Source: Eledone cirrhosa (taxonomy: Eukaryota). From it: a stretch of 64,000 nt of DNA. A program made the translations under genes and the position numbers. The notes under the pieces are model-generated. The model saw only the letters and a list, made by a program, of their open reading frames with translations, ran no database searches and was not told the DNA's origin. The stretch lies in contig OZ024740.1 in the NCBI GenBank assembly GCA_964016885.1, positions 372,930,001 to 372,994,000 of the forward strand, given 5' to 3'. The first letter of the stretch is position 1; each line of letters opens with the position of its first letter. Below are positions 15,880-29,362 of this stretch, in pieces.

Positions 15880-17280
15880 GACAAACAAGCATTTACACCC
15901 CTGAACGTTGCTTCCCTTGATTCCCCAGTGTACATAAAATAACATTCCAGTGAGGTACTGCATTCGATGACATCAACTATTTCCTCAACATCCTTTCGTA
16001 ATTTGTTCAATTGCTTTCCTGGTACCCTTCCAACATACACTTTCCTTTCTCTCTCACGTACCACCCCATCAACCTACAACTCTAGCGACATATCCTGCAA
16101 TCCTTCCGCATCCTCTCTTCTGAAACCGTCACTTCTCGCTTTTTTCCAAACTCACCCATTACTGATTTTAATCGCACCAGCAACCTCCGCAACCCCCTGG
16201 TATGCACTTCCTTCTTGTCCTCTCCCACGACTACAGCTGTCTCTTATCCTTGCACTCGTCCCCACTGCAACATTTGTCCCTTCATTTCCACCCCCTGCAC
16301 TCTAACAGTCCCTAACGAGTTTGTATCCGCCACTCTTTCACCTGCACATCCACCCACTTTGCCTATGCCCTCCGGTGTTCCCTTTGCGTGTCTCTATACA
16401 TCGGACAAACGAGACACCGTATGGCGGACCGTTTTGCTGAGCATTTGAGGGACATACGACTCGGTTTGGATAATCCTGTCACCAGTCATTTCTGTTCTCC
16501 TGGTCATTCCTCCCTACACATTTCAGTCCCGGGTGCCCTTTCATGGATCAGAGGCTTCGCGCACCACGTTGAACAGTGTCTGATTCACCACATTGGGTCC
16601 TATTCCTCTCTTGTACTCAACTCACCTCCCCAATTTCTTTAATACTCCCTCCATTTTCAGACGCGCTTGTACATCCATCCCTAGATTCCTATCGCTCTCT
16701 AATGATCATTAACATCTTCTCTTATCACTAATGCAGACCGACTAAATATGCTCACTCCGCCTTTCCTTTCACTGCTCTGTATACACACATACACACCATT
16801 ATATTAACATAGTTTTGCTCATAGCTTCGTACTTACATGCACACACACTCTTTTTCTTCGAACGAACGTGTAATAACACACACACTCACGCGCGCGCGCA
16901 GACACACACACGCACACATTCACATCACACACATGCTTACGCACGTGCACAAGTATATCACTTTTTACAAAACGTTTTTTTTTCCATTTCAGGTACACGC
17001 GCTCCAAAGTCATTTTCTAAAAAATAAGTCATACACAAAACGCCAGCACCAACAGTCTTGCAAGAGATGCCAACATGAATGGACCTGTTATCTTTATCTA
17101 AAGACATATTTTCTAATTCCAACTGGCCCGTCCCCTCAATCTATGTTATTTCTCATTTTTTTCTTCTGATGAAGGCCTAGCGTCCGAAACATTAAGACCC
17201 TCTTCCTTCTATTTCAAGCGGTAACCTAATATATTCCTTCCATATACTGTACCGATTGTGTTGTTATTTCTGTTTACTTT
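15880..17280 (+). mobile_element. 5'-truncated decayed PLE (thumb, Zn linker, GIY-YIG, 3' UTR), Neptune-like
   Basis: CTRPHCNICP linker, FTCTS, LYIGQTRHRMADRFAEHLRDI; HHR in the 3' UTR. Confidence 0.8.
17163..17197 (+). ncRNA. Minimal hammerhead motif in PLE 3' UTR
   Basis: CTT-CTGATGA-AGG cctagcgt CC-GAAAC-ATTAAG; stem III almost absent. Confidence 0.55.
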
Positions 17281-17308
17281 TTACATATATACATATATAC
17301 ACACACAC

Positions 17309-17389
<81 letters not shown>

Positions 17390-17391
<2 letters not shown>

Positions 17392-18191
17392 TATTTTTCG
17401 TAGTGTTGTAATATGAATATTACACACAGTAGATGGACAGCTCACGTAGAGTTTGCTCGACGGTTCCAGTTGTAGTTTCAAAAGTAATCCGGAGAAAATA
17501 TAAGGATTTTAATGGATATAGTTTAGTTAAAAGGAATTTATTGACACGTGTTTCAATAACAGTTACACAACCTGAAAACAGCTGCTATCTATAAAGTATT
17601 AGTTATGCAGACATTCAATATTTCAATGTTATTATCAACTGTCATTTCATCAGAATAATTTTATTGAGAACCTGTTTAGTTTTTATAGAGAATATTAGGA
17701 GGGAGGGTGAAGTTGTTAGAAGAATAGTTAAGGGAGTGGTTTTTTGATAGCAGTGAGAATTTTTGGTGGCAGTGAGTAATTAGATTCCAATCTGTTGTTT
17801 TGACATTTTTATAGAATATATTATTTGGCATTGGTTATTTTTCTAAATCTATAGAAGGATTAGAGATAGTATATATATGCATGGTTGGTTTTGTGTTTGC
17901 ACTTAATTAACATTCAGACTTAAATTTTTCTTTCAAGTGTACGTATCCTTTCGCCCACGCATTCACACACAAACATATACACACACCTCTACAAAATACA
18001 TATATTCACATACACATACTTACATGCTCATACTTACATACATATATACATGCACGTATATATATATATACATATATATCCATATATATATGTACATACA
18101 TACGCATTTATGTGTATACATTTTCGTACTCAACTTATCTTTATATACACACATATAGACACGCACATATATACATACATACTCCTGTATA

Positions 18192-18258
<67 letters not shown>

Positions 18259-18508
18259 ACTTTAATACATGAATACACTTACATCTAACTATAGACATCA
18301 AACATATATATATATATTTACTTATTTATATACATTTTCACATATATATACATACATATGGTCGCTTTTAGACACATTCCTTATAGCATATTCACATGTC
18401 TGCATAACTAATACTTTGTAGATAGCAGCTGTTTTCAAGTGATGTAACTGTTATTGAAACACGTGTCAATAAATTCCTTTTAACTAAACTGTATCCATTA
18501 AAATCCTT
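17390..18508 (-). mobile_element. PLE pLTR-derived fold-back: tail about 17390-17500, arms 17502-17614/18396-18508
   Basis: Arms are reverse complements; (TA)n on both sides; tail homologous to the leader of the PLE at 27700-27766. Confidence 0.8.
17539..17657 (-). ncRNA. Type I hammerhead ribozyme with canonical core
   Basis: Minus strand: TATT-CTGATGA-AATGACAGTT..(long loop)..AACTGTTATT-GAAAC-ACGT-GTC-AATA. Confidence 0.88.
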
Positions 18509-18564
18509 CTATATATATATATATATATATACCGTATATATATATATATATATATATATATACC

Positions 18565-18637
<73 letters not shown>

Positions 18638-18639
18638 CC

Positions 18640-18712
<73 letters not shown>

Positions 18713-18714
18713 CC

Positions 18715-18797
<83 letters not shown>

Positions 18798-18799
18798 CC

Positions 18800-18835
<36 letters not shown>

Positions 18836-18840
<5 letters not shown>

Positions 18841-19300
18841 TGTATAGTATATTTGGCAATATACCATATGTTTAATTAAACACATTTTGAAGACCATACG
18901 CGATGGGTTTTAAAGCAGTGACTATGTCACTTACTTCTTTTCGGCGAAAGAAGGGAGAGAACTAACAGTCTGTTTCGCGGTTTTTGGCCGTCATCAGAGC
19001 CACGCACTCCCTGCTTAAGCCAAAAATTATAGAATTCCAGTAATATTGATTATACAGAGCGATTGCCGGTCCAGCAAAAACTAGGTATTAGGATTGGTGC
19101 TCGATGATCACCAAACAGCGTGAAACAGACAGTTAACTTCTCTCCCTTCTTACACCGAAAAGAAGTAAGTGACATAGTCACTACTTTAAAAGCAATTTCG
19201 TATGGTCTGACTGTTTTTAATTAAACATACGGTATATTGCAAAATATACTATACATACATTCATGTATACATCGCTATTTCAGAGCACTAATCATAATAC

Positions 19301-19304
<4 letters not shown>
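18836..19304 (+). mobile_element. Fold-back element: arms about 18836-19003/19097-19264, tail 19265-19304, in (TA)n
   Basis: gtgactatgtcacttacttcttttcgg is mirrored as ccgaaaagaagtaagtgacatagtcac. Confidence 0.85.
18961..19000 (-). ncRNA. Hammerhead ribozyme; decayed mirror copy on + at 19099-19138
   Basis: Minus strand: GCT-CTGATGA-CGG ccaaaaa CCG C-GAAAC AGACT GTT-AGT. Confidence 0.65.
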
Positions 19305-19369
<65 letters not shown>

Positions 19370-19461
19370 CGAGGGAAATGTGGTACGGAACCAGATGGAC
19401 CATAACGCACCAAAGTACTCAATACGTAGGGTAGTAGAGTGGGTAATAGGAACGAGTAGGA

Positions 19462-19554
19462 CCCCGACGCTGAGCTCAAGCCGTTTCGACGGCTAATTCT
19501 GGACTAAATGAACATTTTTATCCTGGTAAATGAATAGCCGAGCTTCTCAGGGGG
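19462..19554 (-). ncRNA. Hammerhead-like motif (mirror arm)
   Basis: Reverse complement of 19611-19702 with a 1-nt deletion in stem III. Confidence 0.55.
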
Positions 19555-19610
19555 TAATATTCCATATATGGTAAAAGTGATTGTCACCTTTATCATTTAT
19601 GGAATATTAA

Positions 19611-19702
19611 CCCCTGAGAAGCTCGGCTATTCATTTACCAGGATAAACATTTTCATTTAGTCCAGAATTAGCCGTCGAAACGGCTTGAGCTCAGCCGTCG
19701 GG
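19611..19702 (+). ncRNA. Hammerhead-like motif with CUGAGAA core (G8A)
   Basis: CCC-CTGAGAA-G..CGGCTA...TAGCCG.C-GAAA-CGGCT tgagctc AGCC-GTC-GGG; 6-bp stem III with palindromic loop. Confidence 0.62.
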
Positions 19703-20524
19703 GTCCTACTCGTTCCTATATATATATGTATATATAAAACTCTGTTCACAGATCACCTCAAAGTTCTTTCATTTCTGTTCATTTACTAAAATTTCTACCA
19801 TTCCTTCCCTTTAATAATCTCTCTCCATGCCTCTTTATCTCTCCCTATCTCTATTTCTCTCTTAAGCTTACGTGTTAATTTCGACTTCAATTCATCTGGA
19901 GAATAGCCAAATACATCCGTTGGATTTGTGACCAAAATGACAAGGCTGGAGGCAGAGAATGTGAGGCAGCTAGTCGCGTACCAATTTGGAAATTTGTCTC
20001 CCTCGACAGGAAATGAATTCGTTTAAGTACTTGTCATCACCTCGATATTCACCAAATTGTTCCAATTGTGAGGAAAATCCTGCTGCATCGAGTCGTTTTT
20101 GTTGTTGATGTAGTTCAGAACGGAGTGTCAGAGGGAGCCAAGCTTCACTTAGGAAAGTTAATTAGTGTTGTCCGAACTCCTCCACAACAGTTCGAGAACA
20201 GTATTTGTGTGGCTCACACAAACAAAAGCCGATGCCACCGATTTCATATTTTAAAGCACACATTGATTATGAGTGCAACACAATGTAGGATTCTGGCCCT
20301 CGAGTTCGACAAAGTAATCGTCTAGATGTTGACAAAGCATAACACATAACGTGTAGAGGAATTTGGTGAAAGTGATTCACTTCCTCAGAAGGATGAGCGC
20401 ATCGACGACGCTCAATATTACCGTCATCCTCGTCAAATTAACCTGCTTGGTCCACAGTCACTCCCCCTTACCCATAGGCAGATTTCACACAATGCAGCCT
20501 CGACAGATGAATACTGCTTGATTA

Positions 20525-20883
20525 TGGCTGACAATTGTTACAACCAGTACACCAAGTGAACTATCAATATATGGAACATTACATTATGTAACATTCCCTC
20601 CTTATTTTTACTTATATTCCTTTGAAGTTCCGATGAGCCGCTCTGTTTTTAAATATATTAATTATTTTCAACTGAACCAGATCGATAACGATATATAGTC
20701 ATCTGATCCAGAAATATTATATGGAGTAGCGAAACAATTGTAAACGGACATTATTATTATTAATATTATTATTAGTATTCTCTACATCAGAATATATATA
20801 TTCCTTACATCAAAATAAATATGTTGACAATCTTTTAATAATGTCTTCCTTGTGAAATTTGTGGTCTTGTTTTGCTTAACTAA

Positions 20884-20887
<4 letters not shown>
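20525..20887 (+). repeat. HHR-bearing dispersed repeat, copy 2
   Basis: Homologous to 170-556. Confidence 0.85.
20627..20745 (+). ncRNA. Hammerhead ribozyme, CCGAUGA variant
   Basis: GTT-CCGATGA-GCCGCTCT...GGAGTAGC-GAAAC AATT GTA-AAC. Confidence 0.7.
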
Positions 20888-20934
<47 letters not shown>

Positions 20935-21429
20935 TTTTGTGAGTTTGTGAATACAAGCTTACGTGCGGGTACATGTACGTGCAAGAGTGTGTGCATGTGC
21001 GTGTCAACTGAGGGTTATGTGTTTCTTTACGTAAATGATTTTATGTAAGGGAGTGGTTATTTGGACTCATCATCATGATAATCCACATCAACGATTTCCG
21101 TCCGCTCTCACTTCTCTCTTCGTGTATTATGAGAGAGATTGTATACCCGATTCTCATGAACAATTAATGTTGTTATAAACTGGTGATTATGAATCTTCAT
21201 ATATCAATGTGGCCAAGATAAATGCAACTGAAGCTATGAGTTCTAATTGACAAAGATAATATGGTCAGAAAGGTCAGAATATGCGCCATGGAATGTGAAT
21301 ATCAGTATAAAATCAGCTTATCCGCGCCCGACCGACTTGCTTTATATAATTCATATTATATTTGAAGCGACTTTTGAAAGCATACTGTCAAATGAATTCC
21401 CCCCTCTCTAAATATATATATGCAGCTTT

Positions 21430-21474
<45 letters not shown>

Positions 21475-21484
21475 TATATATATG

Positions 21485-23030
21485 CTCTGTTTTCAGCAAC
21501 CCTGATGTTTCCGATCTGGGCCGTATCATTGATATTAATGCCCAACACACTATATCAGACATAATGTTTGGCGCTCCTGATGTCTTAAATTAAACACAAT
21601 TCAGCCGTGGTCACCGACAGGTTCCCTGCTTGTGACTTGAAGGTGTGTCAACACCAACTTGCAACTCCTATTGCTAATCTGTGGAGGAACTCACTGGACA
21701 CTGGCTATATTCCTGAAAACTTTCTGTCCCAGTCCGTTATCCCAGTCTTCAAAAAGGGAAATAAGTCCTTAGCAGTGAACTACCGTCCGATCTCACTCAC
21801 CTCTCATATTATCAAGGCATTTGAGAGGGTGGTGAGATCACGAATAACCCACTTTCTTTAAAGCAACGGCCTGCTGAACTTCAACCAACATGTATTCCGT
21901 AATGGAAGGGACTGCTTAACGCAGCTTCTGCATCAATTTGACGATGTTTTGAGAGCCTTGGGAGAGGGCTCCAATACTGATGTCATCTACCGTGATTTCA
22001 GCAAGGCCTTCGACAGGATTGATCATAAGATTCTACTGAAGAAGCTATCCAATGTTGGTGTCTCTGGAAGGTTACTACAGTGGATCAAATGTTTCCTGAC
22101 AGGCAGAACCCAGCATGTTGTAGTCGAAGGAGTAAAATGAAGCCCTGCCAAAGTCAGCAGTGGCGTCCCACAAGGCACTGTGTTGGGCCCACTTCTTTCC
22201 ATCATCTACATTAATGACATTACTGACATCATCAAACACAGCAACATCAGAATCTTCGCAGATGATTCCAAGCTCCAAAGGGTCATCAATGACGTGAGTG
22301 ACCGGACTTACCATCAGTCAGACCTACTGGCTGTTATCCAATGGGCAGAGATGAATAATATGCTGTTGAATGAGGATAAATTTGAATAATCCACTTTGGA
22401 AAAAAGGATGCACTGATACTACGATACTCTCTTCCTTCGGGTGAAGCTCTAGTGGATTCCAATAACATCAGAGACCTGGGAGTAATTGTGTACAACAATA
22501 TAAGCTGGGTCACTCATATAAACAGCAAAGTTGATATAGCCCGCAGAATTTGTTTCTGGATTCTCATAACTTTCCAGTCGAGAGATATCGACACTGTTGT
22601 CCTTCTCTTCCCCACTTTTTCCCGACCCCACCTTGAATACTGTTGTCCACTGTGGTCACCCCACACGAAACAAAGTATCATGAAAGTTGAAGCACCCCAA
22701 AGGTCAATTACAAAAAAGATAGTTGGCATGACAGGCCTTGACTATTGGGGTCGATAAGAAAACCTCAAACTTTATTATCTTCAATGTCGCCGTGAGCACT
22801 ACATTATCTGTATGATGTTGAAAATATTCCATCAGCTTAGCCCAAATGATGTTGGCATCACCTTTAGTGTACACCCAAGGCTTGGGCCCCGTACTATCCG
22901 ACCACGACAAAAATCCCACTCGCATCACATAACAACAATACGGCACAATTATTTCACCTCAATTGGCCCTGCACTCTTTAACATTACACCAAAACACATC
23001 AAAGCAGAGACCGACCCGATCAAGTTCAAG
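21485..23030 (+). mobile_element. Decayed CR1/L2-type LINE ORF2 (RT domain and C-terminus)
   Basis: YRPISLTS, DFSKAFD, SGVPQGTVLGPLL, FADD, RPHLEYCCPLWSP; in-frame stops. Confidence 0.92.
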
Positions 23031-23094
23031 AAGTCGGGTCGTCGATTTTCAGCCCCATGGATTTTATCTATTACATTCACGTATTATATTTCGA

Positions 23095-23152
23095 ATACCT
23101 GATGATATCACCGGATTCATACGGAACCCGGTCATTGAAATGATCATAGTAT
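23095..23152 (+). ncRNA. Type I hammerhead ribozyme
   Basis: ATAC-CTGATGA-..ACCGG..CCGGT..-GAAAT GATC ATA-GTAT; palindromic stem III ATGATCAT. Confidence 0.78.
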
Positions 23153-23379
23153 AATAAACCTTTCAAGGATTTACACAAATCCAGCATCCTGTCATTTCAG
23201 TGTCCATTTATTATTTAGTGGATGTGTCCATTTATTATTTAGTGGATGTTGCTTCACTAATGTTTGTCCGAGTAGGGCCTGCGGTGTACATTTGGTTCAC
23301 AGATGTTTGTTCATACTGCGTGCCCACCGGGGTGTTATGGTTCCGGCAGGAGGACCCTGTTCGTAGTTTTCATGTCACA

Positions 23380-23795
23380 GTCGCCTCCAATTCAAAATAC
23401 GACGCCTGTACCCTGTGTTTACAAATAATAACTGATTCTGCTCGGCTGTTTAAGAGCTCATGGGGTGTTCTTATGATGTAGTACAGCTCCATGAGGCAGA
23501 GCTGGTATTTCCCCCTGAAGTTGTAGGGTGCAGCCCTACTGACAATATCCCAGTGTGTGGAGAACTTATGTTGACGTCTTGCAATGTGGTGACATAGTTG
23601 GCAAGCGATGTTGAGTGCCTTAATTTTTGGTTCCTGAAAGAGTGGAGATGTGTTCTAAATCTCGTTTTAAACTGGCCGGAGGTGGCTCCTCTATAGTTTT
23701 TAACTCCGCTAGAGCTAGTTACGGTGCACCTATAAACAACCTTATCAGTCAGGCAGTTTATCAGGCAGTTTATCCCTACATGTTGGCCCTTGTGG
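23380..23795 (-). mobile_element. PLE GIY-YIG fragment
   Basis: NCLTDKVVYRCTV..KNYRGATSGQFKTRFRTH..STSLANYV. Confidence 0.8.
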
Positions 23796-23863
23796 CTAAT
23801 AAATGAAATCATAATTATTATTATTATTAGTAGTAGTAGTAATAGTATTATTATTATCATTAG

Positions 23864-23917
<54 letters not shown>

Positions 23918-24016
23918 TGTAATAAACAAATAAGGCAATTATTTAATTTACCATTTGTTTCTTAAAAGAAAAAAAAATTGCTTTCAATCATCTGAATGAA
24001 AAATTCCTGGTGTATA

Positions 24017-24099
<83 letters not shown>

Positions 24100-24563
24100 A
24101 CATATATATATATTATTTTAGTTTTGCGAGTTTGTGAGACACGCTAAGTTCAGATACCATGTGCGTTATTATATATACGCACACTATTCAGTTTTTTTAA
24201 TATATTTATTAGTGTCCAGGATACTAATTCTTCACCCACTGATGAGCAAGTATTCCTCTTCACAATTAATTTTGCGAATTAGCATTACCAAAGCTCTCTG
24301 GGTGATTGGTAGTTACCAGAATTCCGGTTTGTATTATTTTCTTGATTTATTCTTAAATTGAGTCTGGCAAACACTATTGTCTATAGTTAGTATTCTTTTC
24401 ACCTTAGCGAATCAGGTCCCTTACGATTTGAACACATATATGTATATATCTGTGTTCGTTTTTCTTTTATATTCAATTATAATATACGGCTCGGAAATAT
24501 CTCTTTCCTAGAGCTATTTTATTCTAAGAGACTATTTTGTGTTTCCAACTCAATATATACCTT

Positions 24564-24677
<114 letters not shown>

Positions 24678-24727
24678 AAGATGAATATAAAATGAAAGTG
24701 CTTTTTTTTTAAAAGGAATTTATTAGG

Positions 24728-24845
24728 TATTGACATATGTTTCTGTAACAGACGGAATACCTATGAATCGCTGCTTGCGTAATCATATAATGTTAGCAAG
24801 TATTCGATAGCAAATGTATAATCAGTTGTCACTTCTTCAGAGATA
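24728..24845 (-). ncRNA. Hammerhead ribozyme in 3' pLTR
   Basis: Minus strand: CTGAAGA-AGTGACA...TGTTACA-GAAAC ATAT GTC-AATA. Confidence 0.72.
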
Positions 24846-25324
24846 TTGGATAACTTGGAAAAAAATCAGAAAAATTGAAGTATTTATATTAGTTGTAATA
24901 AAGGAAGAAGAGAGGGGATAGTATATGACAGATGGCAATTCAATTTACTGGTAAACAAGTATATAAAGAGTTTCTAATGAGAATACAATGAGTATATGGT
25001 TTATTTTATCTAAATAAGAATTTTTGAGAGTGCCTATTTTAATCTATACTTGACCAATTGAACAATGGACAGGGCTGGTCGTTTGGTGTAGTAGTATTAA
25101 TTATAAAGTGTCAATTAAGGAAGAGGGAGATTTTCACTGCTACTGAATAACAACAATGCTGGTAGCATTAGGGAATTGAATTAAGAAATCTCATTTTATC
25201 TATAGCAGTTTATATTAAATGGTAAAGAATAGAAGAGTTGATAGAATTAAGACTAATAGAGAATGTTAGTATGTATTTTGACAATCAAACTGAGATGGAG
25301 ACAGGCGTTCAATCCTGGTAGTAT

Positions 25325-27610
25325 TTATAATATGAAAATGTAGATTTTAAGCGATGGTTACAGTATAACGATCGCTCTATTCTGTTATTTAATAAAATAT
25401 TTTTGGATTTCATAATACAAAATAATTCAATATTACACAATTTACAAAATTCTTGTCCGTGGATAATATGGAGGGGCAGCTGCTATTATATCCCATTTTA
25501 GGTTAAATTGTTGGTTATTTTCGCGCAGCTGCCAAGTCTTGTCTGCGAGTGTTGTTACATAACGATAGTTTTCATGTTTTATCGAGTAACGATGTCTATA
25601 AAGGCGAGATTTGAAGGAGGTGGCTGTAGACCCCACATAGTACCACTTCTGGCAATCCGATTTGATAGTACATTTGTATATGATGTTGCGTTCAAGACAC
25701 TGATTGTTCAACGGACACATTCCACGGTTACAGTTATAATTTTGCGTTGTTGTATTGGCATGGATGGGTTGATGAGGTTGCTTAGGCAGGACGGGATGTT
25801 TTTGTTGTTTTGTGATGTTATAGCTGATGTTTTACGTGTATTATTATGTGTTGGAAGGCGTTTATACAACCGTTTTGCAGTAAGCTTTTTTATATGTTGT
25901 TCAATAATAGGGGTGGTTGAATATGAAAGTCGAATAGTGTTAGGGTTTAAGATTTTATTATATTTATGTGATGTTGGAAAGTTTTTTTTAACTAATCGAA
26001 AGAATTGTGAGGGTAGATTGATTTTAATAGAGTTGTTATAGACCGGGTGTACCATATATACTCTTTACATCGCCTTCCGTTTGGTGGTGTGCGACTATTA
26101 GTGTGTCTATTGCGGTAGTGTATGTATGGTGGTGATTCTATGCTATTTCTACCTCTATGAGATTTATTTTGGGTGTTTTGGTGATCGTCGACTATATATC
26201 TATATTATCTAGGTGTCCAGCCTTCCTAAGTGCATCATCATAATATCTGGCATTTTCTTTGAAGGTTTCCTGGTTGGACGACAGGCGGGAGAATCTAAGG
26301 GAAATATTTCTAGGGATGGATTTAATAATAGAGGGTGGATGGTTAGAACTCGTACTTACATATTTAAGGTTCTCATTTAGTTTATGGAACGGTTTAATCG
26401 TTTCTGAATTGAGGTTCATAGTAACATCAAGGAAATTAACCTCTTTGAGGTTATATTCAAATGTAATATTTAATCCTAGTTCCTTAAAAAGCTTTCTGAT
26501 ATTTTTACGCATCCTTTCTAAATTCTGGTTATTCATATGCTTAACTAATAGGAGCGCATCGTCACGGTAGATTCCACCGTGGAGATCCTCAATTTTCCTT
26601 GTAGTCTGTGGGTGATATACATTCCCACAAGATCAGTTACTTCCGCCGAATCATTGGAACCCATAGTAATATCAAAATTAGAAGGTCTATCTTTGCGAAC
26701 CCAGTAGCTATCATTAAATTTAACAATAGTTTTCGTCGCTTCCATAATTAATTTCAGCATCCGTAAGGTCGGAATTAGCCTTAGCGAACGAAAGAGCTTC
26801 ATGTAGAGTATCAGGTGAAATTGAGGAATAATATTCATTAATATCGAACTGAATAAATTTTAATTTTTTCTTATCAATAATGCTATTAAACCATCTTATT
26901 GCCTCATGGGTGTTACCCCATAGTTTAATATCTACTTTAACCTTAACTTGGGGGATAATTCTGTCTAGTATATATTTGTTAATTTTGCCTATATCAGATT
27001 TAGAGGAGCATATGAGTATAATTTTGGGGTCAGTATCGAAGTTTACCTTGTGGTCCTTCAGGTTGAAGGATGGTGTAGCTGGTGTTAAGGGTTGCATTCT
27101 ATCGTCAATACAAAGTTCTTTAACAATTTCACATGCCGAGTTGTTGATGTTTTTAAGTGTAGCTTCATTAGTTTTCTTGTATTTTGTATGCAATTCCTTA
27201 CGGATGAAGTTATTGTAAGTGTCCACATCCATGGTATATACGTTTGATGTTTTGTCTTCTCTAATAATAATTCCATTGGCGTTTTTTAGATTATTGAACA
27301 GTGCCGTGATGTCATTCTGTAGTTTATTGTTTTTCTCTTTTGTAAATTTGATCTCCATGATCATATCCATTAGGTATTGTTCAAATACATCCACAAGTGG
27401 GTTTGAGGGTGGGTTTTTGTAAGATTTAAATCCAAATTTATCCTTGTTAAGATCCGATGTTTGGTTTATACGGCTTTTGTCAAAATGGAATGTTTTCCAA
27501 CTGATTCGTCGAATAAAATCATTGGTCCTTCGTATCATACCTAGAATATATTCCTTTTTTGCCTGAATAGGTATGAATTTTAACGACATATCCAATTGGT
27601 GCCTTTCCAC
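25325..27610 (-). pseudogene. Frameshifted PLE RT plus GIY-YIG endonuclease
   Basis: SLKFIPI, FIQFDINEYYSSIS, FDITMGSNDSAEVTDLVG, NFLDVTMNL, SSNHPPS, CPLNNQCL..IIYKC..YYVGST. Confidence 0.93.
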
Positions 27611-27821
27611 TTTAGAGGCGTATGCTGAATTAGTTGCTCAACTGTATAGGAGATTAATAAAATTTCAGGTTATCAATAATGTAGTGATAATATATCGTCA
27701 CGTTAGAGATGAACAGCGTACGTGTAGGTTTGCTCAACGAGTATAAATTATATTCCGGAGAAAATGTAGAAAAGATGAATATAAAATGAAAGTGCTTTTT
27801 TTTAAAAAGGAATTTATTAGG

Positions 27822-27940
27822 TATTGACATATGTTTCTGTAACAGACGGAATACCTATGTATCGCTGCTTGCGTAATCATATAATGTTAGCAAGTATTCG
27901 ATAGCAAATGTATAATTCAGTTGTCACTTCTTCAGAGATA
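27822..27940 (-). ncRNA. Hammerhead ribozyme in 5' pLTR
   Basis: Same motif as 24728-24845. Confidence 0.72.
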
Positions 27941-28297
27941 TTTGATACATTGGAAAAAATCAGAAAAATTGAAGTATTTATATTAGTTGTAATAAAGGAA
28001 GAAGAGAGGGGATAGTATATGACAGATGGCAATTCAATTTACTGGTAAACAAGTATATAAAGGGTTTCTAATGAGAATACAATGAGTACATGGTTTATTT
28101 TATCTAAATAAGAATTTTGGGGAGTGCCTATTTTAATCTATACTTGACCAATTGAACAATGGACAGGGCTTGTCATTTGGTGTAGTAGTATTAATTATAA
28201 AGTGTCAATTAAGGAAGAGGGAGATTTTCACTGCTACTGAATAACAACAATGCTGGTAGCCTGCTGGTATATGCATTAGGGAATTGAATTAAGAAAT

Positions 28298-28550
28298 CTG
28301 ATTGTTCAACGGACACATCGTAACTGTGTCCAACCAGGAATGTGTCCGTTGAACAATCAGTGTCTTGAACGCAACATCATATACAAATGTACTATCGAAT
28401 CGGATAGCCAGAAGTGGTACTATGTAAGGTCTACAGCCACCTCCTTCAAATCTCGCCTTTATAGACATAGTTACTCGATAAAACATGAAAACCAGCGTTC
28501 TGTAACAACACTCGCAGACAAGGGTTGGCAGCTGCGCGAAAATAACCATA
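28298..28550 (+). mobile_element. Inverted GIY-YIG fragment of the same PLE with a small hairpin junction
   Basis: ORF 28340-28561 repeats 25442-25720 on the opposite strand; hairpin ctgattgttcaacggacacat/atgtgtccgttgaacaatcag. Confidence 0.85.
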
Positions 28551-28653
28551 TCATTGAATGATATACGCGTCTTCTTATAAGAGTCAAATTAGGTCCAAAT
28601 TTCAATCAATCATATTAACCTTTTTTCAACTTAAAGAGAAATTAGTATTTACT

Positions 28654-28701
<48 letters not shown>

Positions 28702-29323
28702 TACATATGCGTAAGACAACCTTACAATTAGGGATTAGTTCATTTTACGTAATATATACTGGTACATGTAACATGAAATCTAGTCCCTGATAGCACCCAT
28801 AAAATCATGTTACTCGTTATACCATTTATCATGCAGTAACTTTTTTTAAGAATCAAAAACAATAAATGTTTATATATCTAGAGACTAAGGGAAATTAACT
28901 TGGTCTAAGTGCGGGGTGAATTAATGTTGCAGTTATATCATTTTATATTCCGAAAGAGAATAATATAACTGCATTGAAAGCATGATTTACCTCACTAGGA
29001 AACCCGTCTGCAATTTAATATTTTTATTTATTGAACTACAGATATATTAGATATATGAGAATATCATTTTTGCCTTTCTGTCAAGTAAGTACATTTTATA
29101 AATATAACTCCACTCAGTTAGCATAAAGGATATAGAGACTATGACTGACTATATAAAGTATAGTATTTTTACACTCCAACACAGGGATATAGAATATAAA
29201 AAGAAACATGTTAAAAAAGAGGTCATGCATATACGCACGCACATACACACAGACACATACACACACAGACACACATGCACGCACACACACGCACACACAC
29301 ACACACACACGCACGCACATATA

Positions 29324-29362
<39 letters not shown>

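Larger units (their letters stand above)
19368..19719 (-). mobile_element. Fold-back element, family F: 78-bp tail plus near-perfect palindrome of about 270 bp, in (TA)n
   Basis: Arms 19446-19580/19584-19719 with a TTG loop. Confidence 0.92.

Noticed and set aside
24236-24500. CTGATGA-GCAAG...TTTGC-GAAT
   Set aside because: GAAA is altered and no stem III, cleavage triplet or stem I could be assigned.
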